64,000 nucleotides of DNA from Nitrospinales bacterium (lineage in GTDB: Bacteria > Nitrospinota > Nitrospinia > Nitrospinales > VA-1). Below the pieces are notes generated by a model. That model made no database searches. It was not told where the DNA came from and worked only from the letters and a program-made list of their open reading frames with translations. The stretch covers positions 2,400,001 through 2,464,000 of the forward strand of contig OZ253496.1 in NCBI GenBank assembly GCA_965262115.1, given 5' to 3'. The translations under genes were made by a program, and so were the position numbers. Shown here piece by piece: positions 9,220 to 18,243 of the stretch. The first letter of the stretch is position 1, and each line of letters starts with the position of its first letter.

Positions 9220-9650
9220 CTAATTGAGCCTCTGCTCGCTCAATAATTTGTTCAAGATACAAGTCTTCGGATAACTGAACCGCCTCCCAGGCACTTTTTG
9301 TAAGAATATATTTTTCCGGTTCGCTATCAGAACCAAAAATAATCTTATGGCTGATGGTATCTGCCAGATGAATGGTGGCGGCTTCAAGGGGAAAATTTTG
9401 AGCCGATGAAGGAAAGTGATGATGGGCAACGGCTTCCTGTAAATTTTCAGGGAGATGCCAGGCTCTGAGGAGAGCCCCGCCGACACCACCATGATCAAAA
9501 CCAAAGTATTTGGCTTTATGCCAACGGTCGCCGCTTTTTCAGCAAAGTCATATACAATCTTGAGTTGATCGGGAACTTTTAAGCACATCACCAAACGGCC
9601 GATATCGTGTAGGAGTCCTGCTACAAATAATCTTTCCCCATAGAACAAAT
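9220..9650 (-). pseudogene. 5'-truncated, frameshifted HDOD/HD-domain remnant
   Basis: ERLFVAGLLHDIGRL in one frame and FGFDHGGVGGALLRAWHLPENLQEAVAHHH in another; no convincing start. Confidence 0.75.
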
Positions 9651-10003
9651 AAAGGAGGTATTTATAAATATCCCAGCCCGGATAAATGTGTTTTTATTTG
9701 TTCTCCCCGATTCTGATTCTAGCCTAAAAGGTAAATCTGTTCCCCTTGTCAATTGTGCCAATCATGTAAATTTTTAAAAGTGTTAGGGATATTGAAGCAG
9801 GGAAGTGCGGAAAATCATTGATACTTTGTCAATTATCCCTGTTCATGCAAGTCTTTGGGTTTGGGATATTTGCACTCATTTATTGCAAAAATTTACTTAT
9901 TGTCCCCATCTTTGAGGACCATAAAGCTTCTCCCCTGTTTAAGGGGGTATTCTTTTCTCTGATGATTTTTGCGGTGGAGAATCGAGTGACTTATAATCAT
10001 GTC

Positions 10004-10171
10004 ATGTTCTTCACGGATCAAAATAAAGTATTGAGAATTTTTCTTTATCTCCTTTTATTTTTGATCAGTTTTCTGGTTTTTGATTCTATAACGGTGGTGG
10101 CAACGGTTATTTTTGCGGTGGGAGCTCTGGACTATTTTTTGTTCAAAGCCTATCAGAAAGAGAGTCGTTGA
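10004..10171 (+). CDS. Small two-TM hypothetical protein
   Basis: Hydrophobic 55-aa ORF just upstream of the DUF2797 gene. Confidence 0.5.
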   Translation: MFFTDQNKVLRIFLYLLLFLISFLVFDSITVVATVIFAVGALDYFLFKAYQKESR

Positions 10172-10188
10172 TTCATGGAGATTTTTTG

Positions 10189-10986
10189 ATGAAAGTTTTG
10201 GGTCAGCTCCGCAAAATGAGCGTGGAAGCTCAGAATCCGATTGCTTATTTTTTAAGCCTGGATAAAAAGCCCCATCCCTTGAATCCACATATTGGCAAGA
10301 CTGTGGATTTAAAATGGTCGGGCACCATAACCTGCATCGAATGCGGTCGGAAGACCCGTAAATCTTATGACCAGGGCTATTGTTTTGTCTGTTCCCGGGA
10401 CCTTCCTGAAAATGCCATGTGTTCGGTTCGACCGGAACTTTGCCAACATGAAAAAGGCAACGAGGCCGATCGTGAGTTTTGGCGCACCTATTGCAATATC
10501 GATCACTTTGTTTATCTTTCATTGACCAGCGGGGTGAAGGTCGGCATCACACGGCACTATAATATTCCAGACCGCTGGATCGATCAGGGAGCGGTAAAAG
10601 GATTGATCATCGCCAAGGTTCCTGAAAGGGTTCTGTGCGGCCAGATTGAAGTGGCCCTGGCCAAACATTTTGCCGACAAAACCAATTGGCGCAAAATGTT
10701 GAAAGGGGAGGTGGGAGAGGTTGACCTGCTGGCATTCCGTGACGAGGCGCACCAGCTTTTTCCGCAAGCATTAAAAGGGTATGCTGTGACGGATGTGCAG
10801 GTTGAAGAGTTGATTTATCCGGTTGAATCGGTTCCTGAAAAAATCTCCAGCCATAATCTCGATAAAATCCCTGAATTCACGGATCGATTGACAGGCATCA
10901 AAGGCCAGTACCTGATTTTTGAACACAGGGTGATCAACATGCGAAAATATGCGGGTTACCATGTGGAGTTCGATTTTCACCACTAG
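10189..10986 (+). CDS. DUF2797 family protein
   Basis: CIECGRKTRKSYDQGYCFVC, HFVYL, KVGITR, RWIDQGA, DKTNWRKMLK, GIKGQYL. Confidence 0.85.
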   Translation: MKVLGQLRKMSVEAQNPIAYFLSLDKKPHPLNPHIGKTVDLKWSGTITCIECGRKTRKSYDQGYCFVCSRDLPENAMCSVRPELCQHEKGNEADREFWRTYCNIDHFVYLSLTSGVKVGITRHYNIPDRWIDQGAVKGLIIAKVPERVLCGQIEVALAKHFADKTNWRKMLKGEVGEVDLLAFRDEAHQLFPQALKGYAVTDVQVEELIYPVESVPEKISSHNLDKIPEFTDRLTGIKGQYLIFEHRVINMRKYAGYHVEFDFHH

Positions 10987-11075
10987 CCGTGGAGGCGACT
11001 GGGCAAGGGCTCTTTGAGCCGAGAAGACTCTTTGCTCGCCAGAGAAAGCGATTGCATGCTGGGCCCCACGCAAGT
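10981..11075 (+). repeat. CTAG-associated intergenic repeat
   Basis: Shared core GGAGGC..GGGCAA..TTGAGCCG...CTCTTTGCTCGCCAG..AAAG..TTGC; its CTAG supplies the DUF2797 stop codon. Confidence 0.7.
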
Positions 11076-11076
11076 G

Positions 11077-11108
11077 AAAAAAAGCCGCGCTAAAAAAGCG
11101 CGGCTTTT
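11077..11108. terminator. Rho-independent terminator
   Basis: AAAAGCCGCGCT-AAAAA-AGCGCGGCTTTT. Confidence 0.8.
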
Positions 11109-11132
11109 CATTAAATTTATAAGTGTGATAAG

Positions 11133-12047
11133 TCAGGCTATCTGAGTGACAACTTTTCCGATAAATGCAGGGGCTTCCTTTTCTCCCTGATCCGGATTGG
11201 GGATCAACTGAGCCACTTTAATGTCTTTGGCGAGGCCGAGTTTTTCCAGTACACAAAGAGCCCACCAGGTCATGTCAATTTCCCAGGGCCGTAAACCATG
11301 CCGGGCAGATTTAGGAAATGCGTGGTGATTATTGTGCCAGCCTTCCCCCCAAGCCAAAAGCCCGACCCACCAGCAATTGGTGGAAAGATCGTCTTTGAGC
11401 GGAAAGGTCACATAGCCAAAATAATGTGCTGCGCTGTTCACCAGCCAGGTGGAATGGTAGGTCACCACTAACCGGACGAAGACTCCCCAAATGACCCAAG
11501 GCAACCCGCCGATGGCGAGCAACATAAAACCGAAGGCAAATTGAACTAAAATAAAATATTTGTCGAGAAATTTATAAAACTTGTCTTCACAAAAATCCTT
11601 TGTGTAGTCTTGAAGCACCTGTTCGTCATCAAACTTGGAATGGGTATGAAACATCCAGTTAAGATGTGCCCACCAGAAACCTTTTTTGACGCTGTGCGGG
11701 TCTTCCGGCGTGTCTGAACCGGCGTGGTGCATGCGGTGTTGCCCGACCCATTTGATGGGGCCGTTCTGGCAGGCCAGTGTCCCAAACAAAACGAGAATGT
11801 TTGCCACCCACTTGGGCGCGGTAAACCCCCGATGCGTGAGATAGCGATGGTAACCCAGGCAGATGCCCAGTGAAGCGGTGACCCAGTATAGAAAAAACAT
11901 CACTGCTACCGCGCTCCAGGAAAACGCAAACGGAAAAAAAGCGAGCAACGCCATGCCATGCACAACGGCGAGCACGGTCGTGGAGATCGGGTTAAATTTG
12001 AGTTGGTGTTTCTCAGCAGAATCACTGGTCATGGAAAGGCTCCCCAT
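11133..12047 (-). CDS. Delta-9 acyl-lipid/acyl-CoA desaturase (DesC-like)
   Basis: His boxes HRYLTH, HRMHH, HNNHH; GEGWHNNHHAFP. Confidence 0.92.
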   Translation of the reverse strand: MGSLSMTSDSAEKHQLKFNPISTTVLAVVHGMALLAFFPFAFSWSAVAVMFFLYWVTASLGICLGYHRYLTHRGFTAPKWVANILVLFGTLACQNGPIKWVGQHRMHHAGSDTPEDPHSVKKGFWWAHLNWMFHTHSKFDDEQVLQDYTKDFCEDKFYKFLDKYFILVQFAFGFMLLAIGGLPWVIWGVFVRLVVTYHSTWLVNSAAHYFGYVTFPLKDDLSTNCWWVGLLAWGEGWHNNHHAFPKSARHGLRPWEIDMTWWALCVLEKLGLAKDIKVAQLIPNPDQGEKEAPAFIGKVVTQIA

Positions 12048-12118
12048 TTAAAGGCTCTTACACAGCTTCATGATATCTTGACCCGGCAAAACTCTTTGTA
12101 AAAGTTATGTAATATCCT

Positions 12119-12228
12119 GCTAGCGCAGGGCCAATGAGCAATCGCTTTATCTGGCGGGCAAGCAGTATCGGCAGCTTAATTAAGTCTTTGCCAGTTACCA
12201 CCGGGCGTTGCTCGGTCGGCGTGGCCAG
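12119..12228 (-). repeat. CTAG-associated intergenic repeat, inverted copy
   Basis: Reverse complement contains CTTGCCCGCCAGATAAAGCGATTGC, matching 11030-11055. Confidence 0.65.
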
Positions 12229-12288
12229 CTGATCTTATCTCTATTGGGCCCCGAGTACCATTGTCAGCGGTAAAAAGATATTGCTCGT

Positions 12289-12332
12289 TCCCTGCGAAGG
12301 CACTCCGTCCCTGCGAAGGCACTCCGTATAAT
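12289..12332 (+). promoter_or_regulatory. Perfect 19-bp tandem duplication abutting a TATAAT box
   Basis: TCCCTGCGAAGGCACTCCG x2 (12289-12326), then TATAAT (12327-12332), upstream of the kinase gene. Confidence 0.6.
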
Positions 12333-12419
12333 AAGCTTTCAATTTAGGTCTGGAGCTTGGTAAAGTGGCAGAAATTAGAGGGTTGTGGGAAATGCAGGGT
12401 TATCGGAACTGGAAGGTGA

Positions 12420-13382
12420 GTGGCAATGGGTAAATTACGGGCTTTGTTCCATCCCATTATGGTCTTTATCGGGGTTCAGATTGCCTGGATCGTGCTCATG
12501 GCGGTCTGGATCAACTGGTACCTGGAAAATAACCTGGCGATCAAGGAGTTTGCCCAGGAAATCCGCCCGGATTTGTTCACTGCCGAAATTCAGTGGCTGA
12601 TTTTGTTTGAAGGCTGTTTCCTGATGCTCCTGATTCTCGCGGGGGTCTATGTGATCTTTGTTTACTGGAACAAGCAGAACCGTTTGAACCAGATGCAAAG
12701 CAATTTTGTCGCCAGTGTTTCGCATGAGCTGAAATCTCCCCTCGCTTCCATTCAACTCTACCTTGAGACTCTGAAGTACCAGGATGTCTCGAAGGAGGAA
12801 GAAAAAGATTTTGTCGAAACCATGTTGTCGGACACTCAACGCCTTTCCGGCTTGATCGATAACATCTTGCAATCGAGTAAGGCCGATCCCAAGAGCATGG
12901 CCTTGCAGTTCCAGCCTGTGAACCTGGGTGAGTTCCTTGAGGAAGTGGTTCAGGGTCACAAACGCCAGTTGGAGGAAAAAAATTGTCTGGTCGATTTAAA
13001 ACTGGAAGCTTCTCCCACGCTGAACCTGGACCAAAAGGCCCTGCGTATGGTTTTCAATAACCTTATCAGCAATGCTATCCGGTACTCTCCTGTGGGTTGT
13101 CCGCTGAATATCCATCTCCACAGAACCGGCAAATACTGGGAAGTGGATTTTGCGGATCAGGGATTCGGGTTTGACAAAAAAGACATGAAAAAGATTTTCA
13201 GAAAATTTTATCGGGTGCAGAATACAGACACGCAGAATATTGAAGGGGCCGGGTTGGGCCTGTTCATTTCCAGTGAAATTGTTAAAAACCATAAAGGCCG
13301 GTTAAAAGTTTCCAGTCCGGGCAGGGGAAAAGGTTCAATATTTTCCGTCTTGCTTCCGGCCAGCCGGGAAGTTGAGGCTTGA
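12420..13382 (+). CDS. Membrane sensor histidine kinase (HisKA + HATPase)
   Basis: Two TM segments, FVASVSHELKSPL, NLISNAIRY, DQGFG, GAGLGL. Confidence 0.93.
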   Translation: MAMGKLRALFHPIMVFIGVQIAWIVLMAVWINWYLENNLAIKEFAQEIRPDLFTAEIQWLILFEGCFLMLLILAGVYVIFVYWNKQNRLNQMQSNFVASVSHELKSPLASIQLYLETLKYQDVSKEEEKDFVETMLSDTQRLSGLIDNILQSSKADPKSMALQFQPVNLGEFLEEVVQGHKRQLEEKNCLVDLKLEASPTLNLDQKALRMVFNNLISNAIRYSPVGCPLNIHLHRTGKYWEVDFADQGFGFDKKDMKKIFRKFYRVQNTDTQNIEGAGLGLFISSEIVKNHKGRLKVSSPGRGKGSIFSVLLPASREVEA

Positions 13383-13520
13383 ACCGGCTAGCCGCCGGGG
13401 GCGATTAGCGATAGCTTTAGTTGGCTGGCAAAGAGTTGTCGCGGCTAATGAATTGTTACCATTAAAGAAAAACCGAATAAATAGAGACTTCCTTTGAAGT
13501 GGTTATGAAGATTTGGATGA

Positions 13521-14237
13521 GTGATGGATAATAGCGGAAAAAAAATTCTAGTTGTCGAAGATGAAGCTCATCTTGCCAAGGTACTGCAGTTCAATCTGGA
13601 GCGAGAGGGTTATCGGGTCACTCTCGTCGATAGCGGTCAGTCAGCGGTGGAGGTTCTGGGGAAAGAGGATTTTGATCTGATGATCCTCGATATTATGCTC
13701 CCGAAGTTGAGCGGACTGGAAGTGGCCAGGCGGATTCGTAGTACTGACATGCGCTTCCCGATTTTGATGCTGTCTGCCAAGTCCGCCGACGAAGACCGGG
13801 AACTGGGGCTCGCCGCCGGAGCCGATGATTATCTGGCTAAACCGTTCCACCTGCCGGAACTCCTGCTCAGGGTCAAAGGAATCCTGCGCCGCTGGGAATG
13901 GTACAAGGAACCGGTGCACGATCAGGAGATTTTTCAGTTTGGCGACAGTTGGATCAACTTTGCCAGCGGCAAAGCCAAAGGGTGTTCCGGGGAATTCTAC
14001 CTGACAGCGAAAGAAGCGTTGCTAATGAAACTGCTGGTGTCGCAAAAAGGAAATATCGTGACCCGTGAGGAATTGCTGGAAAAAGTCTGGGGTTATGACC
14101 CGCAGACCGAAACCCGCACGGTGGATAATTTTGTGGCTCGCCTGCGCAAATATTTTGAGAAGAAACCCCAGTCCCCCAAACACATCATCACCCACCGCGA
14201 AAAAGGCTACGAGTTTAAGTCTGACCCAAAGAAATAA
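13521..14237 (+). CDS. OmpR/PhoB family response regulator
   Basis: ILVVEDE, LDIMLP, GADDYLAKPF, winged helix ETRTVDNFVARLRK. Confidence 0.93.
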   Translation: MMDNSGKKILVVEDEAHLAKVLQFNLEREGYRVTLVDSGQSAVEVLGKEDFDLMILDIMLPKLSGLEVARRIRSTDMRFPILMLSAKSADEDRELGLAAGADDYLAKPFHLPELLLRVKGILRRWEWYKEPVHDQEIFQFGDSWINFASGKAKGCSGEFYLTAKEALLMKLLVSQKGNIVTREELLEKVWGYDPQTETRTVDNFVARLRKYFEKKPQSPKHIITHREKGYEFKSDPKK

Positions 14238-14243
14238 AAAGTT

Positions 14244-14942
14244 TTAGATTAGCTTTTCTTTTAAGCTCTGTTCAAACCGTCCTAAGTTTTGTTTGATCCC
14301 CTCACTGGAAACACCATGAATATAAGGGCAGGTGCCGAGAATCGGTGCATCTGAAAATTTTTCAATCAGAGAACCCTGCTCGGCTTCAATGGCATCCAAC
14401 GCACCTTCTTCCGCCGGGTTGAGGATCACACCTTTGACTTTCAGTCCATGCTGTCGGGCGGCGTTGATGGTCAAAAGGGTATGATTCAAAGTGCCTGTCT
14501 GAATGCGGCTGACAATGATGAGGGGAAGGTTCATTTGCAAAGCCAGATCGGCCACATGATAACGCTGGGTGATCGGGACCATGAGGCCGCCGATGCCCTC
14601 CACCAGCATCGTGGAGTGTTTGGACTGAAGTGCGTGAAACTTCTCCAGTATTTTTTCAGGGTCGATCTCTTTTCCTTCGATTCTGGCGGCTTGATAGGGA
14701 GAGGCCGGGATTTTTAACCGGTAGGGGCAGATATCTTCCAGTGCGTCCGGGGTTCCTGAAACTTCCATCAGAAACCTGGCATCGGAATTGGCGGAAGAAC
14801 TGCATTCAGGGTCCACGCCGGTCTCAATCGGCTTCATCACCCCGACATCTTCACCCTGGTTTTTGAACAGGGTGGCCAGACAGGCGGTGACCACAGTCTT
14901 GCCCATACCAGTATCGGTTCCTGTAATAAAATAGCCTTTCAT
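14244..14942 (-). CDS. bioD: Dethiobiotin synthase
   Basis: FITGTDTGMGKT, KPIETG, VEGIGGL, GTLNHT. Confidence 0.93.
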   Translation of the reverse strand: MKGYFITGTDTGMGKTVVTACLATLFKNQGEDVGVMKPIETGVDPECSSSANSDARFLMEVSGTPDALEDICPYRLKIPASPYQAARIEGKEIDPEKILEKFHALQSKHSTMLVEGIGGLMVPITQRYHVADLALQMNLPLIIVSRIQTGTLNHTLLTINAARQHGLKVKGVILNPAEEGALDAIEAEQGSLIEKFSDAPILGTCPYIHGVSSEGIKQNLGRFEQSLKEKLI

Positions 14943-15140
14943 GTTTGTCCCGGAGTTTATTCTCAACCTGCAAATCTGATATAATTAATAGCGGCTTCCC
15001 GGTGAGGAGGCAAGTTATTAATGAAAGGGCCTTGGGGAATTGTCTGTGGCCATGAGCACGCTCTTAAATCGAGGCGTGCGAATTGCCAGGATGGATTGAT
15101 CGAATTACGTAGGTGCCTTGAACTTATTTCGAGTTAGGTG

Positions 15141-15429
15141 ATGGGATCAAAAAAGCTTGAAGTTATTTGACCCTTGTGAAGCCAAACTTCAGGTGGACAA
15201 AAAAACTGGTGAAGTGATCTGGGAAGAAAGAAAGCCCAAGCCGGTGGTTTCTCTCACCGATATGGTGAAGGGTCTGGAAAACCAGAAAAAAGAACAGCAG
15301 AACATGTTTAAGAAAAACAGTGAGAACCAGAAGGAACGGGGTCGGGTTCTCGATGAAATTTTTAAAGAATCGCAAAAGCATGTCGATAAATCCGGCGAAA
15401 GACCTCTGCGCGATTTCGATCTGGATTAG
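15141..15429 (+). CDS. Small hypothetical protein with apparently damaged 5' end
   Basis: ATG 15141 reads MGSKKLEVI-stop; the adjacent frame continues PCEAKLQVDKKTGEV...RDFDLD. Confidence 0.5.
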
Positions 15430-15450
15430 TTCAGCATGACAACGAAAACC

Positions 15451-15620
15451 CATCATCGCGACCCTCTGGAAGGAGCGTGGCGATCCAGGTTTCTTGGGCC
15501 ATAAAAAATCCAACCCTCCCTTAATCCCTCCCTATGAAGGGAGGGAAGATATAAATTTTTCAGAGGCCCGTGAGCAAAGCGAGCGTTGGCCTCCCATTGC
15601 CCCCGGCGGCTCGCCGGTTA
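15451..15620. repeat. Cluster of repeat remnants
   Basis: Half palindromic repeat (GGAGCGTGGCGATCCAG, shared with 49784-49800); hairpin bounded by GGGCC.../...GAGGCCC (15496-15569); inverted end of the CTAG family matching 13383-13405. Confidence 0.55.
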
Positions 15621-16382
15621 GAGGGCGATCCGCATTCCATCCAGAGCCAGTTCTACTCCCTCAGGAAGGTCCCGGGATACTTTTTCGTGGTCGTAGTGAT
15701 GGTTGATGTGGGTCAGGATGGTTCTTTCCGGTTTAAGGTCTTTGACGGCTTCCAGAGCCTGGCTGAGGTTGAAATGGGTCGGGTGCGGTTTGAATCCGAG
15801 AGCATTCAGGATCAGAATCTTCAATCCTTTTAACTTTTCCCGCGTGCTGTCTGGGATGCCGCTACAGTCAGTGATGTAGGCGCAGTCCTTAAAGCGGAAC
15901 CCATTGATGATCAGCTTGCCGTGCTGAATGTCGAGAGGAGTGACGGGGATGCCGCCGAAGCTATAGGTTTTATCTTCCAACAGTGTAGGGATCAATTGCG
16001 GAATGCCGCCCCCGATTTGCTCGGTCTCTCCAAAAATATAGCTGAAATTTTTATTCAGGTGGTGCAATGTTTGTGTGTTGCCATAAACGGGAAATGCGGT
16101 TTTGTTGAAGAAGTTGAAGCTGCGGAGTTCATCGATTCCGTGAACATGGTCGGCGTGGTGATGGGTGTAAATAACAGTATTTATTTCCCGGATTCCGTAG
16201 AGCAGGCACTGTTGCCTGAGATCGGTAGTGGTATCGACTAGAATGGTATGGCCGTTTTGCCGCACCAGAATCGACGAGCGCAAGCGCTTGTTCCTCGGGT
16301 CCTTTGACAGGCAGACCTCGCAGTCGCAACACAGGGAAGGAACCCCCGTCGAGGTCCCGGTTCCTAAAAAAAGTATTTCCAT
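15618..16382 (-). CDS. MBL-fold metallo-hydrolase, PhnP/YycJ-like
   Basis: LGTGTSTGVP..CDCEVC, THHHADHVHG, LTHINH. Confidence 0.88.
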   Translation of the reverse strand: MEILFLGTGTSTGVPSLCCDCEVCLSKDPRNKRLRSSILVRQNGHTILVDTTTDLRQQCLLYGIREINTVIYTHHHADHVHGIDELRSFNFFNKTAFPVYGNTQTLHHLNKNFSYIFGETEQIGGGIPQLIPTLLEDKTYSFGGIPVTPLDIQHGKLIINGFRFKDCAYITDCSGIPDSTREKLKGLKILILNALGFKPHPTHFNLSQALEAVKDLKPERTILTHINHHYDHEKVSRDLPEGVELALDGMRIAL

Positions 16383-16391
16383 AAAAATATT

Positions 16392-16491
16392 CCAGCCAGC
16401 GTGACGCTGGACTCATTAGCAATGTCTTTACTGTGTGAACAAGCGTTATCTTGGCCCAAAGAGTCGCTGCTAGTTGCCGCCACGGCTAGTG
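16392..16491 (-). repeat. CTAG-associated intergenic repeat, inverted copy
   Basis: Reverse complement begins CACTAGCCGTGGCGGCAACT and contains ACTCTTTGGGCCAAGA. Confidence 0.65.
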
Positions 16492-16679
16492 GGTGGAGTG
16501 AGGCACCTAAAGTATTGTAAGCAGGGTGTTCCGGTGTGTCAAGGCAGAGAGGGGGATGAGGGGGATTAAAACCACCCTACAGGCTCGATAAAAGTTGTTG
16601 ATGGCAATTGAATGACCTGTGGAGATTATGATAGAGTAACCCGTCCATTAAACACTGATTCTATTTAGAGGAGCTATAT

Positions 16680-17267
16680 ATGTCAGCATTAGTTGCTAAA
16701 CCTGCCCCGGCTTTCACTGCTCAGGCTGTGATGCCTGATGGCAGTTTTAAGGAAATCAAACTTTCCGACTATAAGGGGAAATATGTCATTCTGTTTTTCT
16801 ATCCGTTGGACTTCACCTTTGTTTGCCCGACCGAGATCATCGCTTTCAGCACCAGTATGGATGAGTTCAAGAAACGCAATACCGAAGTGCTGGGGGTTTC
16901 CATCGACAGCCATTTCTCGCATTTGGCCTGGAGAAATACCGATCGTAAAAAGGGCGGACTCGGTGATATCGCTTATCCACTCGTTGCCGATGTGAACAAG
17001 AAAATCACCTACGATTACGGGGTCATGCATGAGGCGGGGATCGCTTTCCGTGGACTGTTCCTGATCGACAAGGAAGGTGTAGTTCAGCATCAGCTCATCA
17101 ACAATCTGCCTTTGGGAAGAAATATAGACGAAGCTTTGAGGATGGTCGATGCTTTGCAGTTCCACGAGAACAATGGCGAAGTGTGCCCGGCGAACTGGAA
17201 AGAAGGCGATGATGGTATGAAGCCGGATCCTAAAGGATCGCAAGATTATTTCGGCAAACATAACTAA
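16680..17267 (+). CDS. ahpC: 2-Cys peroxiredoxin AhpC/Prx1
   Basis: [13 protein letters not shown] and GEVCPANW. Confidence 0.95.
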   Translation: MSALVAKPAPAFTAQAVMPDGSFKEIKLSDYKGKYVILFFYPLDFTFVCPTEIIAFSTSMDEFKKRNTEVLGVSIDSHFSHLAWRNTDRKKGGLGDIAYPLVADVNKKITYDYGVMHEAGIAFRGLFLIDKEGVVQHQLINNLPLGRNIDEALRMVDALQFHENNGEVCPANWKEGDDGMKPDPKGSQDYFGKHN

Positions 17268-17359
17268 ACACTAGCCGCCGGGCAACGCCTGGAGGAAATT
17301 GAGTAATGGCTTGTGAAGCTGAGACAGCTTTTTTCTCTAAATAAAGTGCCGTAAAATTT

Positions 17360-17392
17360 AGGGGCGTTTCCAATAGGAAACGCCCTTTTTTC
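17360..17392 (+). terminator. Rho-independent terminator after ahpC
   Basis: GGGGCGTTTCC-AATA-GGAAACGCCC-TTTTTT. Confidence 0.75.
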
Positions 17393-17427
17393 CGAAATAT
17401 GCTTAAAACTGATTGGACTCGCCCTTT

Positions 17428-18177
17428 ATGATCGTGCTTTGTAATGATGATGGATTTAACGCCGATGGCTTGAGAACTCTGTACCGGGAACTCAGCCAGG
17501 AGGATGATGTGATCATTGTTGCTCCAGAAACGGAGCAAAGCGCCATGGGCCACGCCATCACCCTGACCCAGCCGCTCAAGGTGCGGAAGGTGGAGGAGGA
17601 AGGTCGGCTCATCGGTTACGCTGTCAATGGAACCCCGGCGGACTGCGTCAAGCTGGCCATCGTCGTGTTGCTGGATGAACCGCCCCGGATAGTGGTTTCG
17701 GGGATCAATCTTGGCGGGAATCTTGGCATTTGTACGCTTTATTCTGGAACCGTTTCCGCCGCGACCGAAGCGATGATTATGGGGGTTCCCAGTATCGCAG
17801 TTTCTTTGGATACCTATGAGAAGCCGGATTTTAATCCCGCCGCAAAGTTCACCCGCAAGTTGATCAAAAAAGTCTTGGAAAAAGGATTGCCCGAGGGCGT
17901 TGTCCTGAACGTCAATATTCCTCCTGTCCCTGAATATGAAATTGCCGGGGTGGCCATCACCCGTCAAGGCAAGTCACGGGTGGTTGAGTCGTTTGATCAA
18001 CGGGTGGACCCGAGAAACAATACCTATTATTGGATGGCGGGTGAGATGCGGTTCGATGAAGTCGAAGAAGGGGCCGACTGCGTGATGGTGGGCAAAAACT
18101 ATATTTCGGTGACGCCGATCCATTTCGACCTCACCCATCACCCATCCATCGATGTGATCAAAGACTGGGATCTTTGA
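17428..18177 (+). CDS. surE: 5'/3'-nucleotidase SurE
   Basis: NDDG, EQSA, GTPADCV, SGINLGGNLG, YSGTVSAA. Confidence 0.95.
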   Translation: MIVLCNDDGFNADGLRTLYRELSQEDDVIIVAPETEQSAMGHAITLTQPLKVRKVEEEGRLIGYAVNGTPADCVKLAIVVLLDEPPRIVVSGINLGGNLGICTLYSGTVSAATEAMIMGVPSIAVSLDTYEKPDFNPAAKFTRKLIKKVLEKGLPEGVVLNVNIPPVPEYEIAGVAITRQGKSRVVESFDQRVDPRNNTYYWMAGEMRFDEVEEGADCVMVGKNYISVTPIHFDLTHHPSIDVIKDWDL

Positions 18178-18189
18178 TATTAGAGAAAT

Positions 18190-18232
18190 AAAAAAAACGG
18201 GATGGGCATAAAGCCCGTCCCGTTTTTATTTT
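18190..18232. terminator. Bidirectional terminator between surE and pnp
   Basis: AAAAACGGGATGGGC-ATAAA-GCCCGTCCCGTTTTT. Confidence 0.85.
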
Positions 18233-18243
18233 AAGCGATTGAA

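Noticed and set aside
11133..12047. Desaturase as a horizontal transfer from cyanobacteria
   Set aside because: It looks DesC-like, but origin cannot be judged without a phylogeny.
15141..15180. TGA at 15168 as selenocysteine in a Cys motif
   Set aside because: Readthrough meets a second TGA two codons later; a frameshift is needed anyway, so this is a lesion or an error.
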